This document shows, one piece after another, positions 56,193 to 64,000 of a DNA stretch of 64,000 bases (positions within the stretch are counted from its first letter, which is position 1; each line of letters starts with the position of its first letter). Source of the stretch: Setoptus koraiensis (Eukaryota > Animalia > Arthropoda); NCBI GenBank assembly GCA_048013815.1, contig CM106586.1:13082001-13146000 (forward strand). The letters are read 5' to 3'. The position numbers and the translations under genes were made by a program. The notes under the pieces are model-generated. The model was given only the letters and a program-made list of their open reading frames with translations, was not told the DNA's origin and did not search any database.

Positions 56193-58035
56193 TATCACGA
56201 TGCCCATCGCACGGTATCAACGAAGCCAGCGAGTGCGCAGTTGGGCCGATCCCGACAAAATCAACTGCCAAAATCAGCTGAGTTTGAGTTTAAATTGAAT
56301 GGTGAATAAATGACGACTCAATCGCGATGACGCCGCAACAATGCGCGCCCCCCCCCCACCTGTCGTCGGTGCGCGTCAACTAACAGCCTGTTAGTAACAG
56401 GTGCGTGTGTCTATTGTTGGCCTATACTGCACAATTGCGCTGCGTAGGTGAGCTATGAGTTGGCACAATGTTTGTTTGCTCGCGTAGCCCGCTGTTTTAT
56501 AGGCGCTGTTTTAAAGGCGCAGCGGACAACAACAGAACAGACGAGCCAATGGGAAGGCGTCGAACTGTCGCCGGCTGGCCAGCGATTGGTCGCAGCTGAG
56601 ACGCAAGCGACAGAGCGAGCGACAATGCAATTATAGGCGCCCATTGTCGGCCGGTGTGGCGCCGGCTCGTGCGGCTGCGAGCTTGCCGACGACAAACAAC
56701 AATTGCACTATATGTGGCCAGTTGTTGTTGGCGGGCATATCGCACACAAGTGTGACAGTGTGACAGTGGCCGTGAGAGCGCGACTGTCACCGCTGACAGT
56801 GTCGACAGTGTTTGTTGTCCGGGCCGGTGGCGCCCTCGGGCGGACTCGGGCGCAGCTAAACGTGGTTTTCGAGTGCAAAGTCAATGTCACGGCCAATAAA
56901 TCACACGCCGAGCATGCAATATTGTGTGTATGCACCGAGCGACTCATTGAATCACTGCAAAAATATATGCGAATATCAAGTCGACAGTGCGATATCTCGG
57001 CGCCGTGAGCCAGCCAGCCAGCCATGGATTTGATGGCCGGCTGGCGAGCCAGCGAGACGAGCCGGCGAGATATAAATTACATGCAAGTAGTTGCTGCTTA
57101 ATTTTATTCAATTGGCTGTCGGTGCGGTTGCGAGCGCCACAAGCCAGCCACTGCCACAATCCAGCGATAAGCGCAACAAACAACAACAAACAATTTTATT
57201 TCGTCGTCGTCGTCGTCTTTTTATTTGATTTTGTTTCATATTCAGGCCTATTTACTTGATTAGTTGTCGCTGTTGGTCTCGCCTAAATGGCGCACGGTCG
57301 CGCCAACTTGATATACACACCACATATAATATAATTGCCGAGACACTTTGTTTGGTGGCGACGTCGCAAGCTCGCCAGCATCATTGTCGACTCGCCGTGT
57401 AGCCATACATGATGTAGCCATATAGCACACAATCGCCAGTGCCTCGGCGACAATATTTGCCCAATTGGGCCGCCGCATCTATGGTGACATTGTGCAGCAA
57501 ACACAATGTCACCATAGATGCCTATCTCTGGCCTGTAGTGGCGCGCCATTGGCGCAGTGCGCTGCCAGGAATGATAATTTACGGCCGTTGTTGCATAATT
57601 CACTGGCATTATGTGCCCCATTCGGCGTGGCCGGCGACTCACATTTACATTAGTTTATATTGGTGAATTAGTGAGCTGGTCGCCAGCGAACTGGCCAGCC
57701 GCCGCTGCCGTAATGGATGTTACATAATACATTGCCTGCCAATGCGACTGCTGGCGCCGTTGTCGTTGCTGTCGCTGTTGCTGCTGTTGTTGTTGTCGTT
57801 GCTGTCGCTGTTGCTGCTGTTGGTCGCTGTTGTTGTTGCTGTTGTCGCTGTTGACCCCGCTCGAGCATCAATTTTGGCGATTCTCATCTCGGACTTGTCG
57901 TCGATTGTATCTTGCGCGCATGCATTATCTATTCTTGTATGCATTATCTGTTGGCCATCTATCCATTAATGGTTGTCGCGGCCACGGCTCCACACAATGG
58001 CCGCGCGTCTCCTAGCGGCCACTCTGCCCACCAGA

Positions 58036-58138
58036 CTCCGCTCGCCGGACTCCGCTCGCGGCACTCCAGTGGCCGGACTCCGCTCGCGGGACTCCAGTGG
58101 CCGGACTCCAGTGGCCGGACTCCAGAGGCCGGACTCGG
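58036..58138. repeat. 14-bp-based GC-rich minisatellite
   Basis: GCCGGACTCC(AGTG/GCTC) units; five GCCGGACTC words. Confidence 0.85.
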
Positions 58139-59155
58139 CATCTCGCGTCGCAGGATGAAAGTGGTCGCTCGGCTCACTTTTGGCGCCAATTCGCCATCAA
58201 TTCAATTGACAAATTTCGATGCGTCGGCCGGCCCGACAACGCTCGCCACGCCAATATCTGGCCGCGGGTAGCGCCACTGTGGTGCCGGTGTGCAAAGGTC
58301 ACCGCGGTCGCGATCACTCGAAACTGTTCATTTTTCTCCCGGCGGCTCGCCTGTTCCTCTCGCCGGCGGCCGGGCCGGCCCGCTCGGCCACACTGGCCGC
58401 AAATAGGCGGCCCGGCGACATCAGATACAGTGACTATCTGATCAATCGATCAATTATGCACAATATCTGTCACATCTCGCTGCACTTTTATAGGCACACT
58501 CTAATACACACTCGGCCAGGTTCGTCTGCGGCCAGAGATGGCGAGCGATAAGCATTTACATGCAAATGGAGACGGTTTTGTCTTTTTGTTTGCGCGGCGC
58601 GGCGCGTTTTTTGCTCGCTCGAGTATGCGTTTTTGGCTCACTTGTCGCTCGAACTTGGAAGCGACAGGGCGACGTTCGGCGCCAAATAAATTAAGTCGCC
58701 CTCGATCCAATTGGCTGCGTTCGCCGCTCGACAGTCGCTCGACAGTCGCTCACCTGTGCGCCGTCGAGCATAATAGCGCACATGCGCTCGTCGCCAGCAC
58801 AACATTGTGTGCACAGCACGGCCCAATGCACCTGTCATTGTGGTCTGTGTGTGTGTGGTCTCGAGTCTCGACAATGGCAACGTACGCCCACGCACCAGAT
58901 ATGATATAGATAGTGGCGTGATATATTGGCGATGACGCGGCGCGCAATTGTGACAGCGCGGCAGCGCCTGTGACGCAATATTGGCTGGCTCAACTGGCTC
59001 GAATGGCTCGACTGGCGCAGCAAAAAATGACGACAATTTTGTTTGCTGCTTCCCCCTCGCTGCGCCCCGATTTGCAGTGTTTTGCAGTGTTGCGCAATCA
59101 TCATTGGCTGTGCGATATGACGCGTAATGTGTGGTTGCGTTGGCGGCCGCACACG

Positions 59156-59213
59156 CACGCATTTGAGCACGCATTTGGGCACGCATTTGGGCACGCATTT
59201 GGGCACGCATTTG
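59156..59213. repeat. 12-bp minisatellite, about 5 copies
   Basis: GCACGCATTTGR repeated. Confidence 0.9.
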
Positions 59214-62200
59214 AGCTCAGTGGCGGCCCGAGTTAGTTACGCAATAGTTGAGTTTTGCGTTGCTGTTGCCACCAATCACGACGACGCACTACGTGGCACG
59301 CGAGCACGCGCTTTGAACGTGCCCAAGTCACCGTATAACGGTCACGCTGTCGTGATTTGGCGTGGCCCACTTTCGGGTCCGGCTCGGCTCGCCAGCGAGG
59401 CTTGCGGGGGCATTAGTTGGCCATTAGAGGGCCAAGCGTGAAGGCACATTATCGACGATGGCGTAACGGGACACAGCATGCGCACACGTACTGTGGCACG
59501 CGCTGGCTGACAAGTGGTTGCGCTCCACTTGTCAGCCGCGAACGAGCCTCACTTTTGTTTGCCGGCGGCGACCTAACACGGCACGACAAGTGCACAACAC
59601 GTAATATGACACACACACATAATAGATGATACAACACACAATATATTGACGATTGAACACAACAAAAAACAAACACTGTTCGCGCGCGCGCGCATTGTGT
59701 GCGTGCCCATTTGCATAGAGCCATCGATCACCGCGCGCACCGGCAAATCAATTACGATTGGCTGGCCATTTAAATATTGCGTCATTGGCTTGCTGCTTGA
59801 TCTCCAACGAACGGGCGCCAAGTTACCGCTCGTTATCCGCGCCTTTGAGATGATTTGCGGTTGTGAGACGCTGAGCGATAAGCGGACGGGCCGGCCGACC
59901 GACCTACCGGCGGACCGACCGACCGACCGGCGGACCGACGAGGCCAACAATTGCTCCAGTGACAGTGTCACCCACAAGTCAGTGTCAGTATCAGCAAATT
60001 AACTGCTGCGCATCATCAATCATTTTGGCAATATTGCACAGCACACTCCGGTTACGTAACTATTGCACAATTGATGCTATTATTACTATTTGATATCAAT
60101 TTAATTTTATAGGCACAGGTGATAACAGAGTGTGTGTAGTTAACGTAATCGTTATCGGCTTGCAAGCGGCAGACAGATAAATTTGTATCAGCTGACTGTG
60201 ATATTGGCTATGCTGTTGCGAGCAATTAGGCGACCAATTAGAGGGACGTCAAGACGCTCTCGACTGGAGCGAGTGAGCGATGAGAGCGACGCTGCGAGCT
60301 TTGCGGCGATATAACGCGAATACAAATGACGATATTGTCGATTTGAGAGCTAATTAAATCGTTCGTTTATATCTCATATAAACGATACATTTATGATGGT
60401 TCAATCCGTTGTGGCGAGTCCAGTTGACCTTGGCTGCGCTGGCCACTTGCGCTGGCCATTCGCACTGTGCGCCACAGAGTCACTAGCAACTTGACGCAAC
60501 AGCGACCAAGTTGATAGTGGCCGGCAATAATAGATTAGATTGGCAATAATGAAGCCCGCGTGACAAAGTAGCCCAAATGTGGCATATGCCGAGACATATT
60601 TGTAGGCCTGTGTGTTGTTTGGCACTCGCTCGATTTATGCCGGCACAATATGGTATAAAACATATATTAAATGATAAAATGTGTTGCCAGTATCGGGCGT
60701 CATTGTCGGCCAGCTCAGGTGAGTGCGAGCGGCCAGCTCAGGTGAGTGGCGAGCTCATGTGGTTGCTGCTGGCCCTTGGCAGCACTTTCTAAATAGTAAT
60801 AAAAATAAATAAACTGTCATTGGCACTTGTCGTTGCCCAACAACCTGGCAGCGACAAGAGCGCGATTGAATAGATTAGACAACAGCATCGGCCGGCCGAT
60901 TATTAAACAGGCTAATATCTCTCGACGCAACAACATCTTTTGATACAACGACATCTTTTGATACAACGACATGTTTCAGTGTAACAACATCTTTTGGTAT
61001 AACAACATCTCTTGCTTGTTACTATTCTTGTTGGTGTAATAACAGCCGATACCAGGCGATGGTCAATGGCGCCATCGTCTCGTTATGTTGGCCATAATAT
61101 CATAATATCGTCTCGCCATTATATGGGCGTGTGACGGGCCGCAGTCAGCTAACAACAAGCACAACTTGTCTATCGTCTGCGTATGAATTGCCGCATGAAA
61201 GTCTCAATGAGCGAGCCGAAAATTTGCCGATTTTTTTGTCGAAACAGCCATGTCGCCAGCGAGACACAACAAGCGCCGAGAGATAACGAGCCCTGAGATA
61301 ACAACACACAACCATGCCGAGTGATGATGTATGTGTGTGTGTGTGTGTGTGTGATTGATGTAGACAAACGAATTAAAAAGAAAAAGATCAAGTCGAGAAT
61401 AGACGTATTAAAGCCAATTAATCAATTATGTGCGCAAGAGGTCACCTGTACTGCGCCGACCACTGGCGACAAGTGCAGCTATAGCCCAAATCACATCAAG
61501 GAATAAATTGCCAGCCATTGTGACAGCCAGTTGCCAGTTCGGGTAGCCGGCTACCATCGAGCTGGCCATTATTGGGCGCATTTGTGCGCTGTTGGTTGCT
61601 GCCTGTCTCGCTGTCTCGCAGTCTCGCTGTCGCCTGCCGATGTCGCCTGCCGATGTCGCCTGCCGATGTCGCTGTCGCTGTGGCTGTAATGTTACATAAT
61701 AATGTTTCGCTGATGATAATGAAATTCGCTTCGCCGTTCTCACTGTCAGTCTTTTGTCAGTCGCACCATCTGTTGCTGTTGGTCTGCGGCCGTCGGTCTG
61801 TCGCTGTTGGTCTGCGGCCGGCCGGCTGGCCAGGCGATCCTCGGCGTTGCTGGCATTTGGTCGACACAACAGCCAGCCGAACGCGAAGCCAGCCCGACGC
61901 GAAGCCAGTCGAACGCAGCCCAATGGCAGCCCAATACGACGATGCGCACAGAAACAAACAGAGATGGAGAGATAAATGGCAGCAGCAGCAGATATACAAC
62001 AACAGCAACAGCAACAGCCGAGATAAAAGAAGCCAAGAATTGCCCTGGTTGCTTCGTTCGCTTTCTGCTCATTAATTATCTCTCGTTGGTATGGCTGCTT
62101 TATCTCTCACAAGCCAGTGGAAATGTTCATGGTGAATTATGAAAGTTTTTCAGTTTGTTTAGTGTGTTTAGTGTGTGTGTGTGTGTGTGTGTTGCAAATG

Positions 62201-63595
62201 ATGAAATGATAATAATAGTATTAGCGTCGCAAGTTGCAACTTGAGTGCGCTCCTTCTAACATGGTGACAATTTCCTTTTTTGTTGGCCTTGTTCGCCATC
62301 GCGTTGCTGTGTCCGCTTTATAGCTCCAGTTGGTGCAGCCCAAGTCGCCAGAGCAGGTCCGAGTTGTTGTTCTCCACACAACCACAACCACAACAACCGA
62401 CCACAACAGCCACAACAACCGACCACAACAGCCACAACAACCGACCACAACAGCCACAACAACCGACAGCGACAACCGATAGCAACAACAGCCGACAACA
62501 GCAACAACAGCCGACAACAACAACCGACAACAACAGGCGATAAAACAAATTGCGACTCACGAGCGCGCTTGTCGTTGTGTCGAGCACTTGTGACGAGATA
62601 ACCAATTTGAATTAATTGCTCTCATCGGCCTGCCATTGGCTTCGCGTCGCCATGCGAGCTGGCTGACGAGTGTGCGATGCGTCTGCCAGCAATCATACAC
62701 CATGATGCATAATTTGTGCCTAGGTGGCTCGATAGTCGAATAGTTATGAATAGTCAGCCATTGAGTGTCTCCAATTGCGACACTCAATGGCTCAGCCGAT
62801 TGAGAGATGCCAATTGTGCGATATGGCTCGTCGGTGGCCAGTGGCCAGGTAAATCCCGGTTGCGCAACAAAGTTCTCGGACAAACACAAATTTTGCACGG
62901 CGTCTTCATTAATAAGGAATCATTATCTTTATTTTTTTCGTTTCGCAATGCGCAGCCGTGTCATGCAAAAAACATAACAACAACCGACAATGAATGAACT
63001 GACATTGTCGGCGATATCTCTCAATCGATGAACTCAACCTGCCACTCTCAACCTGTGCGGCCATTTATGATTAGTTATCTATGATTAGAATTGATTTGTG
63101 CGCAAACATTTCACAAAATTAACAGCAACACAGGCCAGCCACAGTTTCAATTGAGTAGATGGCAATCTGATTGATTAGTCAAACATGAAACTGTTCGCCA
63201 CTAAAATCGGCACCGCACCGCACCGCACCAGTCCAGTCCATCCAGTCAGAACAAGAAGCGACAATCAGCTGATTGGGGCCAGTCGCAACGGGCTGACGGG
63301 CCCAATCGGACAGGTTGTGCGCATTGGCCGCATGACAATGGCCGCTGGTCACGGGTATGTTTGATTAGTTTGGTGGTCAATGGCGTTCGCTCTGACGCAA
63401 TTCACTGACATTCAATGGACACGGAAAATGATGCTTGCAATGTTTGCACTTGAGGCGTAACCATTACGCGTCGTTGTGCGTACGCGTTGTGTCCAGTCAT
63501 GACAATGGCCCCCATTATTGAGCAACAAAACCTTGTTATTACGCGTTATTACGTAACACAAAAATTACGCAATAACGCTCGTTGTTGTTGCTGTT

Positions 63596-63626
<31 letters not shown>

Positions 63627-63880
63627 CTGTTGTTGCCGTTGTTGTTGTTGTTGTTGCTGCCGCTATGAGCCACCGACAATGTTGGTTGGTTGTAAGATGA
63701 CGCAATAGCTGCCGTATTCTTGGCTGCTAAGGTTGTGTCAGCTGTTGTTGTCGGCGGTGCGAGACACACAGATGACAGTTGCCGGTTGATAAGTTATCTG
63801 CAATCAGTTATCGGTTGCTGGTTGTCAGTTGGTGGCGCTAGTTGTGCCCGCTACAACCAAGCACAACTAGCAACACGCCA

Positions 63881-63919
63881 GCGACAACAACAACAACAAC
63901 ATCGGCAACAACAGCAACG

Positions 63920-63982
<63 letters not shown>

Positions 63983-64000
63983 TCGACAACAACGACAACA
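63881..64000. repeat. (CAA)n microsatellite running to the window end
   Basis: Long CAA run with CGA/ATC interruptions. Confidence 0.95.

Overview
Eukaryotic (arthropod-like) genomic DNA with short GT-AG introns, abundant CAA/TTG and CA/TG microsatellites and many short minisatellites. No prokaryotic features, CRISPR arrays, rRNA/tRNA genes or recognisable transposon ORFs were found. The window is dominated by a head-to-tail tandem duplication of a group-D Sox (SoxD / Sox102F / Sox5-6-like) HMG-box gene on the minus strand: copy 1 core at 1191-4917 and copy 2 core at 36471-41330. The two copies encode an identical HMG region (11 silent and 0 replacement differences across the HMG-flanking 335 nt), share intron positions and share a proximal promoter-like block. 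Their C-terminal tails differ, and they appear to have phase-matched but non-alignable upstream exons 9-14 kb away. Between them lies a clean 3-exon plus-strand orphan gene for a secreted, His-rich, 4-Cys protein (27536-28688). A Pumilio-repeat exon sits at the left edge. Other signals include a miR-184-like 20-mer with no hairpin, several arrays with about 10-10.7 bp periodicity, isolated hairpins, and 3' splice sites lacking polypyrimidine tracts. Most ORFs in the supplied track are by-products of simple repeats. All alignments and gene models were made by eye and no database search was run.
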